Virus record (IMG/VR): IMGVR_UViG_2657245081_000004
From: a virus
Taxonomy: Duplodnaviria; Heunggongvirae; Uroviricota; Caudoviricetes
DNA: 12,885 nt
Strand: one strand, 5' to 3'
Of the stretch, positions 1 to 7,523 are shown in pieces. Under the pieces are notes generated by a model. It had not been told where the DNA came from. It worked only from the letters and a program-made list of their open reading frames with translations, and did not search any database. The translations under genes were made by a program, and so were the position numbers. Positions within the stretch are counted from its first letter, which is position 1; each line of letters begins with the position of its first letter.

Positions 1-1392
1 TCAAGAATAGCCGCAAAATGTTGTCATTACAACAAGGCGGCTATATGACGCTCGCGCAGNNNNNNNNNNTCCAGACTCATAGCGGGATAAAAGCTGACCG
101 TTCGGATCAACCGCCAGTGCATCCCTGTAATGCTCCCGAACCCTCTGAGCTTTTTCGCTGACACTCATCGCTGTGAATNNNNNNNNNNACATCCATTTTC
201 CGTATACCTGAAATACCATTTGCGCATCTGCATGGCCCATCTGGTTTGCTATAAATGCCGGGTTAGCACCAGCTGTCAGCGACCAGCAGGCATAAGTATG
301 TCTCGACTGATATGATTTTCGATGGCGGAGTCCGGCACGTTTTATCGCTGCGTCCCACATCTGCCTTATTGAGTCAACGGTAAAATGGTCACCATAATTT
401 TTTACTCTCGCTGACACTTCAGGTTGAAAAACAAAGGTGCATTTATGTTTTTCTGTTCTGCCATACTCTCTGAGGTGAACATCAATGATATGCTCTTTGC
501 TCAGTCTCGTTAATGTCATCTGACTCCGGAGAGCGTCGATTGCTGGCTTAATAAGATGAATGACCCGATTGGTTCCCGCCTGTGTTTTTGGTACCGTGAA
601 ACGGTCTTTTGCTAAATTTCTCCTGATCATCATTGTTCCATTTTTCAGATCTATGTCCTCCCATCCAAGTGCACACAGCTCACCAGGGCGAACGCCAGTA
701 TAAACAGAAACACACCATAAATTTTTGGCTTGCTGATTTCTGCACGCATCGATAAGACGGATGAATTCCTCCCGCGAAAGAGGATCCGGAATGGTTCTTG
801 ATTCCTTTAATGGCGAGATCCCCTTAAACGGGTTATCTGCCAGGTAACCGTTATCAACACCAAACTGGAACACGGCGTTAAGATTTGTCATGTAATTATT
901 TACAGTTACAGCCGATCTCCCTGGTTGTGTAACAATATAGTTACTTTTGGGGATCTGGTATCCAGTCAGTAGCTCTTTACGAACCTCCAGTAATTTTTCT
1001 TTATTAATCGATGAGGCAAGATTTTTTTCACCGATTATGCTCAGGATATTTTTGATGACGGCACGGTATGTGTTGAGTGATGTTTTTGCGACTTCAGTTT
1101 CTTTCAGTGCCAGAAATTTTTCAGCCAGTTCTTTTATGGTTAAATCTTGTCGGGTCTCACCAAATTTTTCCAGATTGCGTGAGGAGGGAAACTGTTTTGC
1201 ATAGTCGAAAACACCAGTTTTTATTGCGTAACAAACAGAGGCGCGTAGCTCACCTGCAACGCGCCTGTTTTTTGCTGTGTCAGGAACCCCCAGGTTTTCC
1301 CTGACTCTTACGCCTTTATAAACAAACCAGATACGTAATTTCCCTCCATGGTTTTCCACGCCTGTCGGATATTTCATTTCAATTTCTCTCAT
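1..1392 (-). CDS. int: Phage integrase, tyrosine recombinase family (463 codons; two 10-nt N runs inside the 3' end)
   Basis: Translation has integrase catalytic-domain motifs (RHTYACWSL...MGHADAQMVFQVYGKW with the putative nucleophile Tyr). Frame is kept across both N runs and the stop is at 1-3. Alternative start at 1377 (MKYPTG...) has a slightly better purine-rich upstream region. Confidence 0.85.
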   Translation of the reverse strand: MREIEMKYPTGVENHGGKLRIWFVYKGVRVRENLGVPDTAKNRRVAGELRASVCYAIKTGVFDYAKQFPSSRNLEKFGETRQDLTIKELAEKFLALKETEVAKTSLNTYRAVIKNILSIIGEKNLASSINKEKLLEVRKELLTGYQIPKSNYIVTQPGRSAVTVNNYMTNLNAVFQFGVDNGYLADNPFKGISPLKESRTIPDPLSREEFIRLIDACRNQQAKNLWCVSVYTGVRPGELCALGWEDIDLKNGTMMIRRNLAKDRFTVPKTQAGTNRVIHLIKPAIDALRSQMTLTRLSKEHIIDVHLREYGRTEKHKCTFVFQPEVSARVKNYGDHFTVDSIRQMWDAAIKRAGLRHRKSYQSRHTYACWSLTAGANPAFIANQMGHADAQMVFQVYGKWMXXXXFTAMSVSEKAQRVREHYRDALAVDPNGQLLSRYESGXXXXARASYSRLVVMTTFCGYS

Positions 1393-1411
1393 TAGTTAGT
1401 GTGGCTTTTAG

Positions 1412-1663
1412 TCAAGTAAGATGACGTCTTGGTCTTGCTGATGCCTGGCGCTCAATCCAGCGATCAATTTCTTCCAGGTTGTAAAAGCATGGACTGTTAT
1501 CCCATGGCATACCGTCATGAGCGACATGCTTATATTCCCTTCCTTCCATAAACGATTTTTCCCGGGCCTTTTTTAACGTACCTTTTTTTATTCCTTTCAG
1601 CGCAATTAACTGCTCTTCGGATACCCATTTGCCGGGAGAGACAATCATGATTACTTCGCTCAT
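1412..1663 (-). CDS. xis: Putative excisionase / small DNA-binding protein upstream of int
   Basis: 83-aa ORF immediately upstream of and co-oriented with int, the canonical xis position; basic N-terminal half. Assignment is positional, not by recognised homology. Confidence 0.55.
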   Translation of the reverse strand: MSEVIMIVSPGKWVSEEQLIALKGIKKGTLKKAREKSFMEGREYKHVAHDGMPWDNSPCFYNLEEIDRWIERQASARPRRHLT

Positions 1664-1735
1664 CGATTTCTTTATCTCTTACATCAGACGAGCGCCGGTT
1701 GCAGAATACCAGTCACAACCGGCGACAGTTGAACA

Positions 1736-4207
1736 TTAAGAATCAGCCTGACTCGGGATCAGTTTTTGCCAGATAACTGAAACGTATTTTGCCTGGTAAC
1801 GGGCGTCATCAAGTGCATTATGGCGCTCACCTTCGAATGGAATAGCCGTTCTGGCATCGAAGTCTATGGCTTTCCCCAGCTCAACGATTGTGCGTACATC
1901 GCGATCGTTGTAGTAACGCCACGGGCAGGGGATCCCCTGCCGTTCGTATGAACGGCGCAAAATCGTGTTGTCGAAGTTGGCTCCATTTCCCCAGACCTGA
2001 ACAAAAAATTCACCGGAGTTTTCGTCGATAAATTCCCACAATTGTAACAGTGCATCATCTAACGGGATTTCATCGGTCATAATGGCAGATTGCGCTTCGC
2101 GTGATTGCTTAAGCCACCATTTAATGGTGTCCCGATCAATGACTCCGCCAGCAGTTTCCAGATCGATAGTCTTACTAAATTCCGGTCCCATATCTCCGGT
2201 TTGCGGATCGAAAAATATTGCACCTATTGAGATGATCGGGGCATCAGGATTTTTTCCCATGGTTTCAAGGTCGATCATTAGATGGTCACACGTCCTGCTG
2301 GTGGATGTGATTTCTTGATGACCGTTCACCTTAATTGAGTGATCTGCCGTCTCGCCAGTTTCATTATCGCTATCGTGATGCTGATTGCCGCCAGTGTTCT
2401 CCTTGTGTGGATGTTCAGCGCCTTCCATTTCCTCCGGATCATCTTCCTGAACTTCAATCTGATACTCTTCATCGAATGTTTCCTGGTATGTTGCGTCGCC
2501 CATTACCGCGCCACAATCAGGGCAGTTGCCGCCGCCGGTCTGACCGCAGGCGGTGCAGACTTTTTCCACTTCCTGTTGCGCCACTGATTCAGGCTGTTTC
2601 GTTTCTGGCTCGTTTTGTAACGCATTTGGGCTGTTTTGTTCCGCTTTTTGGTAGTTCCGTTCCGATTCATGCTGGTTCTGGTTCACAGAATCGCGGGTCT
2701 GGATCCCCTTAACCCATTTCGGATCATTCGGGTCACTAATCCCTTCAACAAATTCACCACGTGATGCAGCAAGCAACTTATCGGCGTCAGGCTGGATGAT
2801 ATTGGCTGCCTGCATAATTTTGTTTACTTCGTCAGCGGTAACTTTTATCGGCTCTGGTTGTTCTGAATCTTCAGCGGTATCTACATTTTGCGGTAAGCCC
2901 GTGTATGTGCCATTTTTTCGGGCAAAATATTCTTCTTTTGTGATTTCAGTGGCGCCAGCAGCCAGTGCCTTATCCAGACCAGAAAGTTTGTTTGCGCGAC
3001 CGTATTTTTCTCCGTCCTTATCTGCGAAGAGGAAATAGAACGGCCCCTCACGCTCTACAGATGGTTCAGCTTCCGGCGCGGTTTCATTTTTTGGGATATC
3101 AGATACCTCAGTTTCCACTGCATCAGTTTGTGTTTCTGATGACTGGAGAACATCAACAGTGCCCAGGTCTGTTTCTTCATTCTCAAACACGCCCTTTGTC
3201 GTCAGGTATTCGCAGATATATTTGTTCAGTGCTACGGGATCTTTGTGAATGTCGATCGGACGCTCACGGACAAGGCCAAAAATAGTTTGGCGGTCGTAGC
3301 GAAGGGCATCAGGCTGTTTGCGCATTGATGCCGAGATACGCTTCCAGTCTTCGCGGTCGTTGTCGATAACTTCATTTTTTGCCCAGCGATGGATGCTGCC
3401 GTCAATGTTTCCGGCATCCACATCACCAGGCCAGAGAGCGTAGGCCAGTTCGTCATCCAGTGTTTTCCATGTCTGCTTGTATTCGCGATGAATGGCAGCA
3501 ATGACCGGGCTGATTTTTCCTGTTGAATTTTCAGTGTACTGTTGATTGGCTCTGGCGCGGGCGAGATCAACAACAGACGTGTATTTTCCGGTTTCCTTGC
3601 GTTCACCTTCGCGACGTTTTTTCCAGATGCGCATCTCTGCCTGAATTTCGGGCCATTTAGCACCAGGAATACATTTATGCTTAACCCACCCAATGGCGTG
3701 CAACTTAAGCTCCGGATACATGGCGTTAACTTCTGGCATTTTCATCAACGCTTCAACGATATGTCCGTCGAATGTTGCCATGTCTTCCTGCAACAATTCC
3801 TGTGCGCTAATAACCATATCAACGGTGATGTTTTCACATGTGTCGAACTTAACCATGACAGCGTTCTGTACTTCAGGGGCCAGCTTGTCAAAAGTGACGT
3901 TCATCGGATCGGATTCAGTCTCAACCGGGACAAAAGAAGCAGACTCCTCATCCCAGCGGTTTTCCTGCATATATTCAGCATCCCATGAATCGAGGGCAGG
4001 GCGGGGTATGCCAGGTTTATCCTCGCAGACAATAAATTTATAAGCGCAGTCCTGAGCAGCCGGATAATGTTCCAGGAATTGCCAGTGAAATTTTGCTCGA
4101 GCACGGCGTTCGTCGCCAGCTTCAATGGCTGTGGCTACAGCCACAGCGCCTTCTTCCCTTGTTGCCAGTTCGTCAGGAATAGCGGCGCAAATAAAGACTT
4201 TACTCAT
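1736..4207 (-). CDS. ydfE: Large prophage protein with C-terminal DEDDh (DnaQ-like) 3'-5' exonuclease domain and internal CxxC...CxxC zinc ribbon (YdfE-like)
   Basis: C-terminus carries motifs IDLETMG, GNGANFDNTIL and HNALDDARYQ typical of DEDDh exonucleases; CTACGQTGGGNCPDCG zinc ribbon mid-protein; N-terminus MSKVFICAAIPDELA recalled as YdfE. Start chosen at ATG 4207 (AGGT 9 nt upstream) rather than track start 4243. Confidence 0.75.
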   Translation of the reverse strand: MSKVFICAAIPDELATREEGAVAVATAIEAGDERRARAKFHWQFLEHYPAAQDCAYKFIVCEDKPGIPRPALDSWDAEYMQENRWDEESASFVPVETESDPMNVTFDKLAPEVQNAVMVKFDTCENITVDMVISAQELLQEDMATFDGHIVEALMKMPEVNAMYPELKLHAIGWVKHKCIPGAKWPEIQAEMRIWKKRREGERKETGKYTSVVDLARARANQQYTENSTGKISPVIAAIHREYKQTWKTLDDELAYALWPGDVDAGNIDGSIHRWAKNEVIDNDREDWKRISASMRKQPDALRYDRQTIFGLVRERPIDIHKDPVALNKYICEYLTTKGVFENEETDLGTVDVLQSSETQTDAVETEVSDIPKNETAPEAEPSVEREGPFYFLFADKDGEKYGRANKLSGLDKALAAGATEITKEEYFARKNGTYTGLPQNVDTAEDSEQPEPIKVTADEVNKIMQAANIIQPDADKLLAASRGEFVEGISDPNDPKWVKGIQTRDSVNQNQHESERNYQKAEQNSPNALQNEPETKQPESVAQQEVEKVCTACGQTGGGNCPDCGAVMGDATYQETFDEEYQIEVQEDDPEEMEGAEHPHKENTGGNQHHDSDNETGETADHSIKVNGHQEITSTSRTCDHLMIDLETMGKNPDAPIISIGAIFFDPQTGDMGPEFSKTIDLETAGGVIDRDTIKWWLKQSREAQSAIMTDEIPLDDALLQLWEFIDENSGEFFVQVWGNGANFDNTILRRSYERQGIPCPWRYYNDRDVRTIVELGKAIDFDARTAIPFEGERHNALDDARYQAKYVSVIWQKLIPSQADS

Positions 4208-4299
4208 TTGTTTTAACCTCATGACAGATTTAAGGATGAACAAATCCCTGCCATTGCTGGCATATAAGAATGAAACCGGATATTTATTACGGAACTGTT

Positions 4300-4491
4300 T
4301 TAAAGACCTGCCGGGATTTCGATATTATCCTGGTGAATAACTTTATCGACCGGGTAACAGTTACCGGGAATTTTCTGTTCGGTTGCTGCAGTCATACACT
4401 CCTGCATTGTCCTGTGAACACTGACTGCAATATCAACTGGCTCTCCGGAAACAAGAAAAACTGTCAGAACAAGCACAAATGCTGAATTCAT
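4300..4491 (-). CDS. ydfD: YdfD, small lysis-inducing protein with N-terminal hydrophobic segment (63 aa)
   Basis: MNSAFVLVLTVFLVSGEP... matches remembered Qin YdfD; AAGGA about 9 nt upstream of ATG 4491; start overlaps dicB stop (ATGA). The track's longer N-terminus is an upstream extension. Confidence 0.8.
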   Translation of the reverse strand: MNSAFVLVLTVFLVSGEPVDIAVSVHRTMQECMTAATEQKIPGNCYPVDKVIHQDNIEIPAGL

Positions 4492-4676
4492 TGTGCACAT
4501 CCTTTTGGCATCAGACGTAAACGAGCCAGCATTGAAACAATGCATATTTTATTTAATAGCTCCCGTTCTTGTTTTCTCTTGTTAATGGCATCTTCAGTAA
4601 ATACTGGGTTACTGATAGTGACACCAATTTCAAAACAACCTTCAGACGTATTAACGTTTGGTAATAACGTTTTCAT
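4488..4676 (-). CDS. dicB: DicB cell-division inhibitor (62 aa)
   Basis: MKTLLPNVNTSEGCFEIGVTISNPVFTEDAINKRKQERELLNKICIVSMLARLRLMPKGCAQ matches remembered DicB; GAGGA upstream of ATG 4676; lies immediately downstream of DicF as in Qin. Confidence 0.9.
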   Translation of the reverse strand: MKTLLPNVNTSEGCFEIGVTISNPVFTEDAINKRKQERELLNKICIVSMLARLRLMPKGCAQ

Positions 4677-4845
4677 TATCGCGTCCTCAACAATGAATTT
4701 TGTGATGCAGTGCCTGGTGCCTCCAGGTGACGTTAACCAGTTAACAATTAACGCCGGATACAGAGAATCCACCCATAACACTGTTTTTGGTTTTAACTGT
4801 TCCGCGTGCGCTCAGCCGCATTCACCACATCACAAAATTCACTTT

Positions 4846-4903
4846 AAAAAGGGCGGCAGAGCAGTCACGGAGTAAAACTGATACCGCCAAACGTCACCAG
4901 AAA
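4846..4903 (-). ncRNA. dicF: DicF small RNA (ftsZ-targeting) with its intrinsic terminator
   Basis: Minus-strand sequence UUUCUGGUGACGUUUGGCGGUAUCAGUUUUACUCCGUGACUGCUCUGCCGCCCUUUUU matches remembered DicF; ends in a GGCGG/CCGCC stem plus U5. Confidence 0.85.
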
Positions 4904-5243
4904 ATTGATAACAGAGGGCGTTGCAGCGGGGTTGTCACTTAAGCGTATGGTCAACCTGACAACCCGGTGTCCTCAACGGGGAAGAAATAACCCCGCCATA
5001 CTTACCGCCGCACCATTTCGCGGGTTGCCACAACCGGAAGCGCACGGTCGACGAAAATTTAACGACAGGCTATCTATGAACCAGCTACCTCGCCGTGCGC
5101 TTTCGCGTTATGGTCTGACTTTTCAGGGAAATATCCTTTCAGTAAACTGTCAGTGCCGGATGCTCACCCGTGTCCGGCGCACGCACTCCACCTCACCCGT
5201 GGAGAACTCCTTAATTACCAACCTTAGCTTCGTTGGTTAGCTA

Positions 5244-5462
5244 TTAACGCGGGTATGTAATCATTCTGGCAATGCTTAATGCCGCTGCTTTTTCCAGATT
5301 GGTGATATCCTGCTCCAGAGCGGACAGATTTTCAGCCTGCTTAGCCCTGGCTTCATTGGCCCATTTCAGATCCTGCGCTGCATTAATTTTCTGGCGCATC
5401 CACTCATAAAGTTCATCATCGGTATAGTCTGGCGCGATGATGACGGGTTCTCGTTTCTGCAT
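5244..5462 (-). CDS. ydfC: YdfC-like protein (72 aa)
   Basis: 72-aa ORF in the expected position between ydfB and dicF; GAGG 9 nt upstream of the start. Name by synteny and length. Confidence 0.7.
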   Translation of the reverse strand: MQKREPVIIAPDYTDDELYEWMRQKINAAQDLKWANEARAKQAENLSALEQDITNLEKAAALSIARMITYPR

Positions 5463-5491
5463 ACTGATTCCTCGCGGTGCTGTTTCGCTTA

Positions 5492-5620
5492 TCAGCCGTT
5501 AGATTTTGCCGAACTGGAAAGCGCCTGTTTAAATTCGTTGAAGCTGTGAGCTTCTTCGCCTTCGGCAAGGCCTTCGAAGTATTCTTCGTAAGCCTTTTCC
5601 ATGATTGTGTCAAAATCCAT
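5492..5620 (-). CDS. ydfB: YdfB-like small acidic protein (42 aa), not in the ORF track (below length cutoff)
   Basis: Hand translation MDFDTIMEKAYEEYFEGLAEGEEAHSFNEFKQALSSSAKSNG; AGGTGA 6 nt upstream of ATG 5620; start sits 1 nt after the ydfA stop; length matches the 42-aa YdfB. Confidence 0.65.
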   Translation of the reverse strand: MDFDTIMEKAYEEYFEGLAEGEEAHSFNEFKQALSSSAKSNG

Positions 5621-5621
5621 A

Positions 5622-5777
5622 TCACTCACCTGAGTTTCTTTCCAGCCAGCGACGGGCACCATTTTCGGTTTTAAACGTTTTGCTTTTGGTATACGTCATT
5701 GCGGTGAAGGTGCCGTCCTGGTTTGGAAACACGCCGTACACCAGAGATTCGTTGTTGCCAAGATCGATAGTATCCAT
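5622..5777 (-). CDS. ydfA: YdfA-like protein (51 aa)
   Basis: Internal ATG at 5777 gives MDTIDLGNNESLVYGVFPNQDGTFTAMTYTKSKTFKTENGARRWLERNSGE, with GAGG 6 nt upstream; the track ORF 5622..5858 is probably an upstream extension. Name by synteny and length. Confidence 0.65.
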   Translation of the reverse strand: MDTIDLGNNESLVYGVFPNQDGTFTAMTYTKSKTFKTENGARRWLERNSGE

Positions 5778-5956
5778 GCTGACCTCATTTCCCCTTAACG
5801 CCGGGGTAGCGGAACAAAAACCTGCTGCATAGTTATTAAAGTTGAACCCTGCCGTCATGTTCTTACGCCTCGGGCTGGCTACTTAACCCCTGACCACTGC
5901 CTGGTAACTCGAAGTATTGCCCTGCATTCTGTAGGATGGGGTGAGGGAATGAATGA

Positions 5957-5985
5957 AGTTTAGAAAGACGAACTTTCCAGGTCAA
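5957..5985 (-). promoter_or_regulatory. Candidate leftward early promoter (pL-like) for the ydfA-dicB operon
   Basis: On the minus strand TTGACC (-35), 17-nt spacer, TAAACT (-10); lies next to the OL-like palindrome. Confidence 0.4.
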
Positions 5986-5986
5986 T

Positions 5987-6003
5987 GTTTTTTTATCAAA
6001 ACA
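5987..6003. promoter_or_regulatory. Operator-like palindrome TGTTTT-N5-AAAACA (putative OL site for the CI-like repressor)
   Basis: Inverted repeat seen directly; the same half-sites recur at 6708-6725 next to the repressor start. Confidence 0.45.
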
Positions 6004-6069
6004 TTTTAAGCAGGCAGCTGTTAAGCCATCACCACGATGGCATACAGTTAATCAAATAGATGAGGTTGG

Positions 6070-6708
6070 TTAAATATCTTGTTGAATTTTAAAGCATACG
6101 CCCAATATGCAAGATAGATCATCCAGCATAATTGAAGGGTAGCGAGGATTCGTGGGGACTAAAAGAATATCCGGCCCTTCTATCTCCAGTTTACGAATGA
6201 CAGGTGTTGTGGTCCCTTTGGGTAAGGCAAGGACAATATTTCCTGGTTGTACGGTTCGATCGGGATCAACAAAAACTGTTGAACCATTTGGGATGGAAAC
6301 TCCCCCACCAGATGTTGACATACTGTCACTCTCTAGAACAACTGCAAAGGTATTGACCGGGATTTCTCCGACAAGCTGCACACAAGAGGTTATTGAGGAA
6401 TTTTTCATATAATCACTCCAGCTTGCTGCCTGCTGAAGTGATAGTAGCGGAACCGTTTTTATCGGCGGTAAAGATAGATCAAGCGAATCACCTGTATTTA
6501 ACTCTCCTCCATTAAGAAGCCAATTTTCGTTTACTTTCAATATTTTTGCCAGTGAACTTATGTAACGCGAGGACGGCGCTCCTCCACCGTTCATCCATTG
6601 ACTTACGGAGCCTTTTGATGCGCCAGTGCCATTGACAAGGTCTTTGCCTTTCAGGTTTAGCGCATGCATACGTTGGGTTATGCGTTCAGATATAGTTTGC
6701 TTGCTCAT
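6070..6708 (-). CDS. Prophage repressor, lambda CI / LexA-like (N-terminal HTH, C-terminal S24 peptidase domain)
   Basis: N-terminus ...RMHALNLKGKDLVNGTGASKGSVSQWMNGGG is HTH-like; C-terminal half has S24-type Ser (DSMS) and Lys (VIRKLE) context; divergent from the cro-like gene. Confidence 0.85.
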   Translation of the reverse strand: MSKQTISERITQRMHALNLKGKDLVNGTGASKGSVSQWMNGGGAPSSRYISSLAKILKVNENWLLNGGELNTGDSLDLSLPPIKTVPLLSLQQAASWSDYMKNSSITSCVQLVGEIPVNTFAVVLESDSMSTSGGGVSIPNGSTVFVDPDRTVQPGNIVLALPKGTTTPVIRKLEIEGPDILLVPTNPRYPSIMLDDLSCILGVCFKIQQDI

Positions 6709-6725
6709 GTTTTGATTTTAAAACA
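6708..6725. promoter_or_regulatory. Operator-like palindrome TGTTTT-N6-AAAACA overlapping the repressor start codon (putative OR site); degenerate copies follow to about 6780
   Basis: Inverted repeat seen directly in the cI-cro intergenic region; further GTTTTG-containing partial repeats at 6731-6746 and 6763-6780. Confidence 0.45.
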
Positions 6726-6799
6726 CAGATGGTTTTGTTTCTTGACTTTCTTTGGTTTTGATTATTAAACTTTTGACGTTCAGTTTTATGGAGCGACTC

Positions 6800-7030
6800 A
6801 TGAAAAAATCAGAAGTATTAGGCTATTTTGGCGGAGTTGTTAAAACAGCCGCAGCTCTAGGAACGTCAAAAACCACAGTCAGCATGTGGGGGGAAGAGGT
6901 TCCGTGGAAATGGGCGTTGCTAATTCAGGCAGTCACTGCCGGGGCGCTCAAATATGAGTTACACATACCGACGGTTGTCATTCCCGGTTCTGATCATAAT
7001 CCGCCTTCTAACCAAGGGGGGGATTCATGA
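6800..7030 (+). CDS. Cro-like regulator (YdaS/DicC family)
   Basis: MKKSEVLGYFGGVVKTAAALGTSKTTVSMWG... resembles DicC/YdaS N-termini from memory; GGAG 5 nt upstream of ATG 6800; stop overlaps the next gene start (ATGA). Confidence 0.75.
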   Translation: MKKSEVLGYFGGVVKTAAALGTSKTTVSMWGEEVPWKWALLIQAVTAGALKYELHIPTVVIPGSDHNPPSNQGGDS

Positions 7031-7452
7031 AAATCAAGCATGAACACATCCGCATGGCGATGAATGCCTGGGCGCATCCGGACGGCGAAAAAGTACCGGC
7101 TGCGAAAATTACCAAAGCGTATTTCGAGCTGGGAATGACGTTCCCGGAACTGTATGACGACAGCCATCCGGAAGCCCTGGCTCGCAATACCCAGAAAATT
7201 TTCCGCTGGGTAGAGAAAGACACCCCTGATGCAGTTGAAAAAATTCAGGCGTTGTTACCAGCGATCGAAAAGGCAATGCCACCTTTGCTGGTGGCCAGAA
7301 TGCGCAGCCACAGTTCAGCTTATTTTCGGGAGCTGGTGGAGACGCGGGAGCGACTGGTGAGAGACGCTGATGATTTTGTCGCAGTGGCAATCGCCGGTTT
7401 CAATCAGATGAACCGTGGTGGCCCGGCAGGAAATGCTGTGGCAGTACATTGA
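7027..7452 (+). CDS. CII-like regulator, YdaT family
   Basis: 141-aa protein starting MKIKHEHI..., recalled as YdaT-like; coupled to the cro-like gene at the CII position. Confidence 0.65.
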   Translation: MKIKHEHIRMAMNAWAHPDGEKVPAAKITKAYFELGMTFPELYDDSHPEALARNTQKIFRWVEKDTPDAVEKIQALLPAIEKAMPPLLVARMRSHSSAYFRELVETRERLVRDADDFVAVAIAGFNQMNRGGPAGNAVAVH

Positions 7453-7523
7453 CTGACAATAGCCATATCGAATCGCTTCCGGCAACTCGTGAGTAAAAAG
7501 ATTCGGTATCAGAAGAGGTGAGT

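Noticed and set aside
1695-1722. Hairpin (7-bp stem, 14-nt loop) between the YdfE-like stop and xis as a terminator
   Set aside because: No U-tract follows on the transcribed strand; could be a processing or retroregulation site but there is no evidence for termination.
2082-4043. Plus-strand ORFs (78-148 aa) inside the YdfE-like gene
   Set aside because: All lie antisense within a long, well-supported minus-strand gene, have no ribosome-binding sites and give low-complexity translations; judged to be frame shadows.
5217-5237. Hairpin immediately after the ydfC stop as a terminator
   Set aside because: Not followed by a U-run on the minus strand, and DicF and dicB downstream need read-through.
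4905-5240. 111-aa plus-strand ORF between dicF and ydfC
   Set aside because: Arg/Pro-rich translation that does not look like protein, antisense to the dicB operon transcript, no ribosome-binding site.
5416-5625. 69-aa minus-strand ORF overlapping ydfB
   Set aside because: Wrong frame relative to the well-initiated 42-aa ydfB; translation is basic and low-complexity.
7109-7390. 93-aa minus-strand ORF inside the YdaT-like gene
   Set aside because: Antisense to a coupled cro/cII-like pair; Pro/Ala-rich frame shadow of GC-rich coding sequence.
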